The position numbers and the translations under genes were made by a program. From Planctomycetota bacterium (lineage in GTDB: Bacteria; Planctomycetota; UBA1135), in NCBI GenBank assembly GCA_045047305.1, contig JASFYO010000068.1, positions 1-33,426 of the forward strand: DNA of 33,426 bases, read 5' to 3'. Position 1 is the first letter of the stretch. Every line of letters starts with the position of its first letter. A model generated the notes under the pieces. That model was not told the origin of the DNA and did no database searches. It worked only from the letters and a program-made list of their open reading frames with translations. Of this stretch, positions 1-8,502 are shown piece after piece.

Positions 1-2
1 CC

Positions 3-1238
3 CGGCGTGTGGATCTCTCCGAGCCACTGGGTCCAGTCGCGCATAGGCAGGACTTCCACAGATAGGGAAGTTGCAGCCTTGTAGCCATCCTGGGTGTCCC
101 AGCCAATCATGTCCCCGGTTTCTTCATCGAAGAATGGGGTGCCGAGTAGCAAATAATCGGTTTCAGAAGTCACGCCTTCACGCACCTCCACGCCGACGTT
201 AGCCAGCATCGCACGCACATCGTTGGCGTTGTACTTGCCAAAGCCGTTGCCGAGCAAAGCTGCGACAGGCTTGCGGTTGGGATCGTAAACAGCGTTGAGA
301 ATCAAATCGTTCTCGCGTACTGGATCGTAGGGGTCCACCTGTGAAACGATGCGAGTTTCGGCGCGCTCTGCGTCAACCGAGATTACTTGCAAGCGACCTT
401 TCAGCGCATGACTGCTGGCGTTACGGACATCGAACTCCATACCAACCGTAAGGCGGTCGTGGTAGCCGAGGTCAATCCAGGCTGCACCAAGTTCACCGTT
501 GACTGCCAGAATGGTGCCATCGGCACTCTCTGCGCGACGAGCAACTTCATTCAAGTTACCGGAAAGGATGTCGTTGCGCTGCTTCAAGTTCGTGAGAGCT
601 GCAGCGGAATCGCGAGTTTGCTGATCGTTAACCGCACGCAACTGAGTGACGGTAGTGTCACGATCGCGCAATTGGTCACGTAGAGAATCACGTTGACGCT
701 CCAGATTCACAATCTCCTGATCCTTCGAGTTTTTGGTGTCATCTAACTCGTTTCGCAAACTAGAAATCGTTGCATCCTTGTCCCTCATCGCAGTAGCACT
801 TGCTGCCGTCTTGGCACTAAGGTCATTGCGCAGCTGATTCACTTCCGATTGCAGTGCATCGCGCTGACCGGTGATTTCATCAACTTTTGCGAACACAGGG
901 CCTGAGAGATCCTCCATCTTGGCAATGGAAGCTGCATCCAGCGATAAACGGGTCACAAACTCATCCGTCCAAGCCTTAATGGCCTCTGGAGAAATGTGGG
1001 AGCCATCTGCATCGGAGAAGCCGAGCTCATTGTGAGCATCTGCACGCGCTGTTTTTTCAGCGGTGAGATCAGCATGGCTCTTCTCCAACGCGGCTTTAGC
1101 CTTGTTTAGCTTGAGCTGGCTCTCGGTAAACTGACCATTTTGCAGGTAGCCGAAGCCAACAGAAAGGAGCATGATGACTGCCAAAGCAATCACCCACATC
1201 AGGCTGACTTGCGCAGCGCCGCGGTTATTTTGGGACAT
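3..1238 (-). CDS. Membrane-anchored coiled-coil protein with a beta-rich (FlgT C-terminal-like) domain and a C-terminal BRCT-like domain; partial, runs off the left edge
   Basis: Absent from the ORF track (no stop in window). Manual translation from ATG 1238 is open for about 412 codons: MSQNNRGAAQVSLMWVIALAVIMLLSVGFGYLQ (one TM helix), a long coiled coil (...LQSEVNQLRNDL...LERQRDSLRDQLRDRD...), ADGTILAV...AWIDLGYHDRLTVGMEFDV, then GVEVREGVTSETDYLLLG, which resembles the VSKKTDYLVVG motif of DNA-ligase BRCT domains. Confidence 0.85.
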   Translation of the reverse strand, partial: MSQNNRGAAQVSLMWVIALAVIMLLSVGFGYLQNGQFTESQLKLNKAKAALEKSHADLTAEKTARADAHNELGFSDADGSHISPEAIKAWTDEFVTRLSLDAASIAKMEDLSGPVFAKVDEITGQRDALQSEVNQLRNDLSAKTAASATAMRDKDATISSLRNELDDTKNSKDQEIVNLERQRDSLRDQLRDRDTTVTQLRAVNDQQTRDSAAALTNLKQRNDILSGNLNEVARRAESADGTILAVNGELGAAWIDLGYHDRLTVGMEFDVRNASSHALKGRLQVISVDAERAETRIVSQVDPYDPVRENDLILNAVYDPNRKPVAALLGNGFGKYNANDVRAMLANVGVEVREGVTSETDYLLLGTPFFDEETGDMIGWDTQDGYKAATSLSVEVLPMRDWTQWLGEIHTP

Positions 1239-1291
1239 TAGGAGCCTCAAGACAGGCAGGAAAGGGGTCGGCTAACAGCCGTAGGACAGGA

Positions 1292-1300
1292 ATCTAGCAC
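1292..1300 (-). promoter_or_regulatory. Putative extended -10 element (TGcTAGATT) for the left-edge gene
   Basis: TGn-TAnnnT pattern about 50 nt upstream of ATG 1238 in the divergent intergenic region. Confidence 0.4.
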
Positions 1301-1385
1301 CGCTTAGGGCAGAGGTTGCCGCTTCCTTGGAGTCATTTTTTACGTGCGCCTTGCGTACGGGTCAAGGAGGGAGCAGGATACGACC

Positions 1386-2066
1386 ATGGATGTGGAGACT
1401 TTCTTGCCGGGACTACGCGTGATTGGCGTCACTGGCGGGGTCGGAGCAGGCAAATCCACGCTGGCAAAAGCTCTTGCCGACGCCCTTCCCGGAACTCTAT
1501 TTGATGCAGATGCAATCGTGTCAGAACTCTATAAAAACCCACAAGTCCTTTATGCCATTGAGGTTAAGCTTGGCTCCTCCATCCGCGACAGCCACGGCAG
1601 GCTCGACCGCCCCGCGCTGAGTCGCATCATCTTCGCCAGCTCTGCGGCCCGCGCCGACATCGAGGCGGTGTTGCACCCTGCAGTCAGAAAAAAAATCTGG
1701 GAAGGCTTGAACTTACTCGACAAATCGAAGGAAGCCAGTTGGGCCGTGCTCGATATCCCGCTTTTGCGCGAAGGCGGCCTCGATGTCCTGTGCGATCGGG
1801 TAATCCACGTCTCGGTCCCAGCGGCCGAACGCTGTGCGCGGGCCTGCGCTCGCCATGGCTGGAGTCCAGATGTATGGGAAGCACGAGAAAAGGCGCAAAT
1901 GCCAGAAGCTGAGAAAGCACGTCGGGCGCATGCTATGGTGGACAACCGAGCCGGACGTGACTCCCTGCAAGCGCAGATTCACGACCTGGTGCTCTCCCTC
2001 CACCGTTTGCCGCCGCGCCCTCTTCAAGAGCGCTGGCCCACTTGGGATCAAGATCCCATTGCATAA
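1386..2066 (+). CDS. coaE: Dephospho-CoA kinase
   Basis: IGVTGGVGAGKST P-loop, DAD, LDRPALSRIIF, IEAVLHPAVR, DIPLLRE. ATG 1386, preceded by purine-rich AGGAGGGAGCAGGA, is preferred over the ORF-track start at 1344. Confidence 0.95.
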   Translation: MDVETFLPGLRVIGVTGGVGAGKSTLAKALADALPGTLFDADAIVSELYKNPQVLYAIEVKLGSSIRDSHGRLDRPALSRIIFASSAARADIEAVLHPAVRKKIWEGLNLLDKSKEASWAVLDIPLLREGGLDVLCDRVIHVSVPAAERCARACARHGWSPDVWEAREKAQMPEAEKARRAHAMVDNRAGRDSLQAQIHDLVLSLHRLPPRPLQERWPTWDQDPIA

Positions 2067-2136
2067 CGGAGAACGTTTTGGGCGCGATAACTATGATCGT
2101 CCATAACCCCACACCCGCTAAACGGAATCCGAATTC

Positions 2137-3570
2137 ATGGCTGAAACCACTGCTCGTCGCCGCAACCGGCGCCGTCGTCGTCGTAGAGACAACCGTCCAC
2201 AACAAGCCCGCACCAGCGTCGCCGCAAATCAGCTGCCGCGGCCACCGGAAGAAGCGTGGGAGAAAAAAAGCGTAAAGAGCTTCGCCACCAAGCAAAAGAA
2301 ACGCGAACTGCATCTCTCCACTTACCTTTCTCTTTCTTTACCAGACCTTCAAGACCTAGCTGAGAAAGCTGGGGTCGACGATGCCTTGGCTTTACAGAAG
2401 GGTCCGATTTTGCGATCCATCATCCGCTCTGCCATGGAGAATGCCGATGTGTTCTTCACCAAGGGTGTCTTGGAAGTCATGCCTGAAGGCCATGGTTTTT
2501 TACGCCACACAGTGAATGACTATGTGCCCAATCTCGATTCCGATGCCCTGCTGCACCGCGATTTGGTTGAAAAACATCATCTGCAAAGTGGGCAAATTGT
2601 TTCTGGCGTATTACTTCCCCTGCCGGAAGAGCAAGAAGTTTTAGTGCTGCATGAGGTCCTCACCGTGTTCGGTGAAGATCCAGAGAAACAGTTTTCGCTG
2701 GCTCCATTCCATGATTTGGTGCCTCTATACCCAGAAGAGCGACTCCACTTAGAGACCGATCAGGAAGCGATCGAAACTCGCATTGTGGATTTGATCTCCC
2801 CTATCGGCAAAGGCCAGCGCGGTCTGATTGTGGCGCCTCCCCGTACCGGAAAAACCGTATTGCTGCAGATGATTGCGAATGCCATCTGCAAGAATCACCC
2901 GGATTGCCACCTGATGATTTTACTGGTCGATGAGCGCCCTGAGGAAGTCACTGACTTTGAGCGCTCGGTCATCGGTCCGAACCGCGAAATCGCGGCAAGC
3001 ACTTTTGATGAACCGCCAGAGCGTCACGTGATGGTGGCGGAACGCGTCATCGAACAAGCCAAAGCTCGCGTCGAGCAAGGTGAAGATGTGGTTGTCTTAC
3101 TCGATTCGATTACGCGACTCGCAAGGGCTTACAACAACATTGCGCCTTCTAACTCCAAGATCATGACGGGTGGTTTGGTTTCGGATGCACTACTCAAGCC
3201 AAAGCGTTTCTTTGGTGCAGCGCGAAACATTGAAGATGGTGGCTCGCTCACGATTCTTGCAACTGCGCTCATCGACACCAATTCAAAGATGGATGAAGTC
3301 ATCTTCGAAGAATTCAAAGGTACCGGCAACATGGAATTAGTGCTGGACCGCCAATTGGCCGACCGTCGCGTATGGCCGGCGATTGAAATCAACCGCTCCG
3401 GCACACGTAAGGAAGATTTGCTGCTGACTAAGGATGAGCTGCAGCGGGTTTACTTGTTGCGCAAAGTGTTAAACGAGATGAATCCCGTCGAGGGCATGGA
3501 GTTGCTGGTGCAACGCATGGAATCATCGAAAAACAATATCGAGTTCTTGCTGAACTTGGGTGCTGGATAA
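2137..3570 (+). CDS. rho: Transcription termination factor Rho
   Basis: [80 protein letters not shown]. Confidence 0.98.
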   Translation: MAETTARRRNRRRRRRRDNRPQQARTSVAANQLPRPPEEAWEKKSVKSFATKQKKRELHLSTYLSLSLPDLQDLAEKAGVDDALALQKGPILRSIIRSAMENADVFFTKGVLEVMPEGHGFLRHTVNDYVPNLDSDALLHRDLVEKHHLQSGQIVSGVLLPLPEEQEVLVLHEVLTVFGEDPEKQFSLAPFHDLVPLYPEERLHLETDQEAIETRIVDLISPIGKGQRGLIVAPPRTGKTVLLQMIANAICKNHPDCHLMILLVDERPEEVTDFERSVIGPNREIAASTFDEPPERHVMVAERVIEQAKARVEQGEDVVVLLDSITRLARAYNNIAPSNSKIMTGGLVSDALLKPKRFFGAARNIEDGGSLTILATALIDTNSKMDEVIFEEFKGTGNMELVLDRQLADRRVWPAIEINRSGTRKEDLLLTKDELQRVYLLRKVLNEMNPVEGMELLVQRMESSKNNIEFLLNLGAG

Positions 3571-3576
3571 ATAGCG

Positions 3577-4590
3577 ATGAAAAAAGAGCGCATGAAAGTG
3601 CTGCTTCTGATCCCTTGTGATCCAGAAGCAGCACGCGGCAATGCCACTACGGCGAAGCGTCTGAAGAATGAGCTTTGGCGCCGCGGCTACGAGGTCACAT
3701 TGGCCGACATCACCAAACTAGATCTAGAAGGCACTGCAGAAATCAGTGCGCAATTAGTGATTGGGTTACATGCTGTGCATTGCGGTCCTGCAGCGCAGAG
3801 CTTGGCGAAAGCATTGGGAGTGCCGTACATCGTTCTCCTCAGTGGTACCGACTTAAACGGCCAACCGCAAAAGCCTGCGCTCGATGCCGTCGCTCAGGCC
3901 ACCGCAGTGGTCGCATTAGGAAATGCCCCAGCAACCCGAGCACGCGATATTTACCCAGAGTGCCGCAATCATTTGCATGTCATTCCGCAAGCGGTGATGC
4001 CTCTGCCTTACCGCCCTGGCATCAACCTGCCCGACGACGCCCCCGAACTCCCAGCCGATGCCCCCCTCATCTTGGTGCCTGCTGGAGTGCGCGAAGTGAA
4101 GGATCCAGTGCGTGCGATCACTGCGCTCATCCCCCTCCACAAAGAACGTCCGGATATGCAACTTTGGTTTGTCGGTCCCGAGTTGGAAAAGGAAACCGGT
4201 GATGCTCTGCGCGCAGCATGCGTAGAACACGATTGGGCCCATTGGCTTCAACAACGCCCGCGGGAAGACCTACTGCCACTCTTTCGTCGCGCAACCGCCG
4301 TACTTAGCACGAGTCGGTCGGAAGGCGGCCCCCCGAATGGCCTGCTTGAAGCCGTGCTAGTTGGGCGTCCGGTCCTCGCTAGCTCGATACCAGCGCACCG
4401 CGAATTCCCCGGTGCCGAGTCATGCTTCCGCGACGACGCTGAGTTGCGCAAACGCTTCCGCGCCATCCTGGCCGAACCGGAACGCGCGATGATGAAGTCG
4501 CGCAAGATGGAAGAAATCGTGCGTCAGAAGCACTCCCCCGCTGCAGAATCGCTCGGTTGGGATCGCTTGATGCGCCCGCTGATTGACTAG
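3577..4590 (+). CDS. GT-B (GT4-like) glycosyltransferase, SenB/GLT1D1-like
   Basis: GNATTAKR, GLHA, SGTDLN, GVREVKDP, STSRSEGG...LLEA...GRPVLASSIP; starts 6 bp after the rho stop. Confidence 0.85.
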   Translation: MKKERMKVLLLIPCDPEAARGNATTAKRLKNELWRRGYEVTLADITKLDLEGTAEISAQLVIGLHAVHCGPAAQSLAKALGVPYIVLLSGTDLNGQPQKPALDAVAQATAVVALGNAPATRARDIYPECRNHLHVIPQAVMPLPYRPGINLPDDAPELPADAPLILVPAGVREVKDPVRAITALIPLHKERPDMQLWFVGPELEKETGDALRAACVEHDWAHWLQQRPREDLLPLFRRATAVLSTSRSEGGPPNGLLEAVLVGRPVLASSIPAHREFPGAESCFRDDAELRKRFRAILAEPERAMMKSRKMEEIVRQKHSPAAESLGWDRLMRPLID

Positions 4591-4699
4591 ATCCGCGGAA
4601 CAACCTGCTCAGACTTGATTCCGGCGCGGCCAAGGTTTAGCGCTAGCTGCCGCAACAGAAGATGTCTCTGCGGGGCCTCATGGCGTGCTTGTAAAGGCC

Positions 4700-5635
4700 T
4701 TAAGCCAGCCCTTCGTTGGTCAGGTAGTGCTGTGCCTCAAGCGCGGCGGCGCACCCCATACCGGCAGCAGTGATGGCTTGGCGGTATAGCGGATCATGGA
4801 CGTCGCCAGCAGCGAAAACGCCTTCTACGCTGGTCTTGGTGCCACCCTTCAGCTTCAAATAACCGACTTCGTCGCGGTCGAACTCTTTTCCCAAAAACTC
4901 GGTGTTGGGCTGGTGGCCAATCGCCACAAACATGCCTTCGCAACTGAAGTCTTGGGTGGTGCCATCTTGGGTGTTCTCCAGCTTGACGCCAGTGACGGCT
5001 TTCTTTTCATCATGGTAGATGTCGACGACCTTCTCCCACAACATCCATTCAATCTTTGGATTTGCGCGTGCACGCTCCAACATGATTTTTGATGCACGGA
5101 ACACATCGCGACGGTGAATGACAGTGACCTTGGTGCAGAAACGTGTGAGGAAAATCGCTTCCTCCATTGCGGTATCGCCTGCGCCGACAATCACCACTTC
5201 CTTGTCCTTGAAGAAGGCTCCATCGCAGGTTGCACATGCGGATACCCCGTAACCCATGAGTTCCTTTTCCTTCTCCAAACCAAGAGCTTTGGCACGGGCT
5301 CCAGTGGCAATAATCACGCTGTGTGCCTCATGGCTGCCCCCCATTTCATCTTCCAAAACAAACGGACGCTTGGAAGTATCAATCGATTTGATGTTGGCAA
5401 ACTCGATAAAGGAGGTGCCAAACTTTTCCGCTTGCTTACGGAATTGAATCATCAGCTCAGGGCCGGTAATTCCATCTGGGAACCCAGGGTAGTTCTCGAC
5501 ATCGTTGGTGATGGTGAGCTGTCCACCAGGCTGCATGCCTTCAAACTGCAGCGGCTCAAGGCCTGCACGGGAGTTGTAAATGGCTGCGGTGTAACCCGCT
5601 GGACCGGAACCAATGATTGCGACGTTGTGGACCAT
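4700..5635 (-). CDS. trxB: Thioredoxin-disulfide reductase
   Basis: IIGSGPAGYTAAIY, GGQLTIT..VENYPGF, CATCDG, GAGDTAMEEA, GVFAAGDV...YRQAITAAGMG. ATG 5635 (MVHNVAII) chosen as start. Confidence 0.97.
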   Translation of the reverse strand: MVHNVAIIGSGPAGYTAAIYNSRAGLEPLQFEGMQPGGQLTITNDVENYPGFPDGITGPELMIQFRKQAEKFGTSFIEFANIKSIDTSKRPFVLEDEMGGSHEAHSVIIATGARAKALGLEKEKELMGYGVSACATCDGAFFKDKEVVIVGAGDTAMEEAIFLTRFCTKVTVIHRRDVFRASKIMLERARANPKIEWMLWEKVVDIYHDEKKAVTGVKLENTQDGTTQDFSCEGMFVAIGHQPNTEFLGKEFDRDEVGYLKLKGGTKTSVEGVFAAGDVHDPLYRQAITAAGMGCAAALEAQHYLTNEGLA

Positions 5636-5673
5636 GATGAGAGGGTATTGTAGGTCCACTTCTGGAGCCTTCC

Positions 5674-6021
5674 ATGCCTGATTTCCACCGCTTTCCGACC
5701 ACCCGCGAAACCCTTGAAAAGGTCGTGGAATGTACCTTTTATAGAGCAGGTGGACCCGGTGGGCAGCATCGCAACAAGACCGAAACAGCGGTGCGCTTGG
5801 TGCATCGGGAGTCTGGGATTACGGTGACGGCTACCGAACGTCGTAGCCAGGCTCGGAATCGCGACCTAGCGTGGGAGCGACTCATCGCGGCATTGAAAAA
5901 AAAGAACTATCGACCGCGGAAACGCAAAGCGACCAAGCCTACAAAGGGTTCGGTGCAGCGGCGACTGAGCTCAAAGAAAAAGCGGGCCGACGTGAAGAAA
6001 GGGCGATCGGAACGCTTCTAA
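5674..6021 (+). CDS. arfB: ArfB/YaeJ-like ribosome-rescue peptidyl-tRNA hydrolase (stand-alone RF-1 GGQ domain)
   Basis: RAGGPGGQHRNKTETAVRL, RSQARNR and a basic tail RPRKRKATKPTKGSVQRRLSSKKKRADVKKGR typical of ArfB. Confidence 0.8.
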   Translation: MPDFHRFPTTRETLEKVVECTFYRAGGPGGQHRNKTETAVRLVHRESGITVTATERRSQARNRDLAWERLIAALKKKNYRPRKRKATKPTKGSVQRRLSSKKKRADVKKGRSERF

Positions 6022-6031
6022 AACAGATCGC

Positions 6032-7846
6032 TTATCCGAGCAAGCTCAACAAAGTTATCGCGACCACCGCGACGACGAAACTGAGACCGGATCCCACTAA
6101 CCAGAAATCACGTCCGCGGTAACGTCCGGGACCGGCAACCATCAAGTTGCATTGGTGTGCAAACGGCACCACAAAGGCGCAACTGCAGCCGAAAGCCACC
6201 GCGAGCAAGGCGTTGCGCGGAGAGAACGCCATGGCTTCTGCGACCAGCAATGCCACAGGAGAAAGGATGACCGCAGCGGCTGCATTACTACTGGTGATGC
6301 TAATCAGGGCCGCACCAAAATAAAGCGCGGAAAGAACTCCTGCCGTGCCGAGGAAGGGTTGCAAATCCACCATTGCCGTCGCCACCAATTGCGAAACACC
6401 GTGTGCCTCTAAAGCATGGCCAAGCGGGATCGTGCCGATAATCATGGCAAGCACCCGCCAATCGATAAACTTGCCTGCACGGTCCGCGGGGACAGCGCCT
6501 GTCAAAACCATCATCAAAGCACCGAGTAAGGCGCTCATAGCTAGTGGTACTCCAAAAGCGATTGGCGGTACCAAGGCCAAGGCCAAGCACAACAGGGCCG
6601 CCGGTGCCTTTTGAAAATCATGCGCTTCCGCTGGTGCAGCAAGAAGCACAAAGTCCGATTCCCCCTTCAGGCGACGTAAACGCTCAATCGATCCGGCAAG
6701 CAGCAAGGCGTCGCCAGCTTCCAACTCGACCTTAGCTAGCTCCCCCTCCAGCGCCTCCCCTTTGCGCCAAATCGACATCACGTTGACCCCAAACTTGCCA
6801 CGGAAATCTAAGTCACGCAAGGTCTTCCCGAGTACCGGAGAACGTTGCGGGACAGAAATCTCAGCCATGGTGAAGCCATGATCCAAAATCCGATCGACCG
6901 CACCCTCACCAGCTAATCCCATACGCGAAAACGTATCCTCCGCTAAACGCCAAGTCTCTAGTTCTGGCCCATCGAGGTAAAGCTCATCTCCTTCCTGTAG
7001 TACCTCGTTGGGAGCCGGCGAAAACCATCGCTCACCCAAAGGTGCACTGCGTACGATTTGCAACACCGCCACTTGATAAGTGTGACCAATCCCGCTTTCT
7101 GACAGCTTCTTGCCGGCCAAACTCGAATTGCGCCCCACCCGCATGCGCACCACTTGTTGTGCAATGCCGTAACGACGCAAGAGCTGATGCGCACTCACCG
7201 CCGGCACTCCTCCGGGACGACGTTGGTCCAAACGCACCGGCAATAAACGTCGTCCGATGGTGACCAGATACAAAATTCCGGCCACACAAATCGCGCCGCC
7301 AATCCATGCGAAATCAAATACGCCAAGCTCCTTTCCGCTTGCTTGGCGATAATAATCTGCCACCAGCAAGTTAGAAGATGTCCCAATTAAGGTCAGGTTT
7401 CCTCCAAGGATGGCTGCAAACCCTAGCGGCATCAACAAACGTGATGCTGGAATCTTAGAACGTCGGGCGAGTGCAATCACCACTGGCAGGAGCACCGCAA
7501 CGGTTGCTGCATTACTCATAAATGCGGAAAGAACCGCAACCACCGTGCAAATCAGCAACAACAAACTACGCTCCCCCGATCCGCCAACACGTTGCACCAT
7601 GCGCGCAAGCCAAGCCGCAACACCACTCTCCTCAATCCCCGCACTGAGCACAAAAACGGCTGCGATGGCAATCACTGCGTGGTTACTGAACCCAGAAAGG
7701 GCCTGCGAAACATCTGGGATTGCGCCGGTAAAGTAAAGCGCAACCGGAATCGCTAGAGCTACGATTTCTAAACGCACCCAGCGAGTCAAAAACAGAACCG
7801 CCGAGTATCCGAGAACGGCAACCGAAACCCAGGCATGAAAACTCAT
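6032..7846 (-). CDS. SLC13/DASS family permease with two TrkA-C (RCK_C) domains
   Basis: LSAFMSNAATVAV, ILGGNLTLIGTSSNLL, a central soluble region with two TrkA-C-like repeats (SSLAGKKLSE; SPVLGKTLRDL), SNAAAAVILSP, PFAHQCNLMV.GPGRY. Confidence 0.92.
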   Translation of the reverse strand: MSFHAWVSVAVLGYSAVLFLTRWVRLEIVALAIPVALYFTGAIPDVSQALSGFSNHAVIAIAAVFVLSAGIEESGVAAWLARMVQRVGGSGERSLLLLICTVVAVLSAFMSNAATVAVLLPVVIALARRSKIPASRLLMPLGFAAILGGNLTLIGTSSNLLVADYYRQASGKELGVFDFAWIGGAICVAGILYLVTIGRRLLPVRLDQRRPGGVPAVSAHQLLRRYGIAQQVVRMRVGRNSSLAGKKLSESGIGHTYQVAVLQIVRSAPLGERWFSPAPNEVLQEGDELYLDGPELETWRLAEDTFSRMGLAGEGAVDRILDHGFTMAEISVPQRSPVLGKTLRDLDFRGKFGVNVMSIWRKGEALEGELAKVELEAGDALLLAGSIERLRRLKGESDFVLLAAPAEAHDFQKAPAALLCLALALVPPIAFGVPLAMSALLGALMMVLTGAVPADRAGKFIDWRVLAMIIGTIPLGHALEAHGVSQLVATAMVDLQPFLGTAGVLSALYFGAALISITSSNAAAAVILSPVALLVAEAMAFSPRNALLAVAFGCSCAFVVPFAHQCNLMVAGPGRYRGRDFWLVGSGLSFVVAVVAITLLSLLG

Positions 7847-8412
7847 GCCTTACCTTTGCGGCGATTTGCGTCCCATGTGTGCAAAACCGAAATCGCTCCT
7901 GCTTGGCGCTGAAGCAACTCAAACGTTTGCCCTGCTACCACTAGCCCAGGTTTCAATACGCGCAAATACCAACCGGTCAACGAGTGTCGCCCCATGAGAG
8001 CAGCAAAATCTTTGCGCCCCCAGACTTTATTTAAGGTAGAGCATGGCACTCGTGGTTTGGTGACCTCGACCTCAGCTTCTCCAATGCGATAAATATCGCC
8101 AATAAAAACACCTTCCTCTGACTGCCCTTCCACCGTAAAGTTCTCGCCGAAACTACCGTAGGGAAATTGAACAGCATCGAGGTTCAGTTCCTTGCGCCAC
8201 CAAAGGTAATGCTGGATAGGCATCACGCAGACGGCTTGGTCTTCTAATCCATGATGCACCAAGTCCGCGCATCCATCTCCTTCTAGCGCACGCAGTCCGA
8301 GTTGGGTCGGCACCAACAAAGGCTTTTTACACATAGCGGTGCGTAACGGGCCGTCCGCCGTTGAAGTTTCACTGGGCATCGCGGCGAGGAGCGCAATCAA
8401 GGTGGAGGCCAT
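7843..8412 (-). CDS. MOSC domain protein (YiiM-like)
   Basis: LEGDGCADLVHHG, GSFGENFT, IGDIYRIG, VTKPRVPC, TGWYLRVLKPG; 4-bp overlap with the permease start. Confidence 0.92.
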   Translation of the reverse strand: MASTLIALLAAMPSETSTADGPLRTAMCKKPLLVPTQLGLRALEGDGCADLVHHGLEDQAVCVMPIQHYLWWRKELNLDAVQFPYGSFGENFTVEGQSEEGVFIGDIYRIGEAEVEVTKPRVPCSTLNKVWGRKDFAALMGRHSLTGWYLRVLKPGLVVAGQTFELLQRQAGAISVLHTWDANRRKGKA

Positions 8413-8418
8413 GGAGCT

Positions 8419-8427
8419 AATCTACCA
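8419..8427 (-). promoter_or_regulatory. Putative extended -10 (TGgTAGATT) 6 nt before the MOSC ATG (leaderless type)
   Basis: Minus strand reads TGG TAGATT AGCTCC ATG, with no SD. Confidence 0.55.
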
Positions 8428-8502
8428 AGCCGGCGCGACCGATGCGCGGTTTCGATTCCGGTTATGCTGCTCCCTGTGCTTTCTCGAATCCGACACCCAC
8501 AC

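Noticed and set aside
387..683. 98-aa plus-strand ORF
   Set aside because: Antisense shadow of the long minus-strand gene at 3-1238.
4591..4699. Weak hairpins in the convergent GT/trxB gap (e.g. CCGCA...TGCGG)
   Set aside because: Short imperfect stems without a U-tract; not distinguishable from chance in GC-rich DNA.
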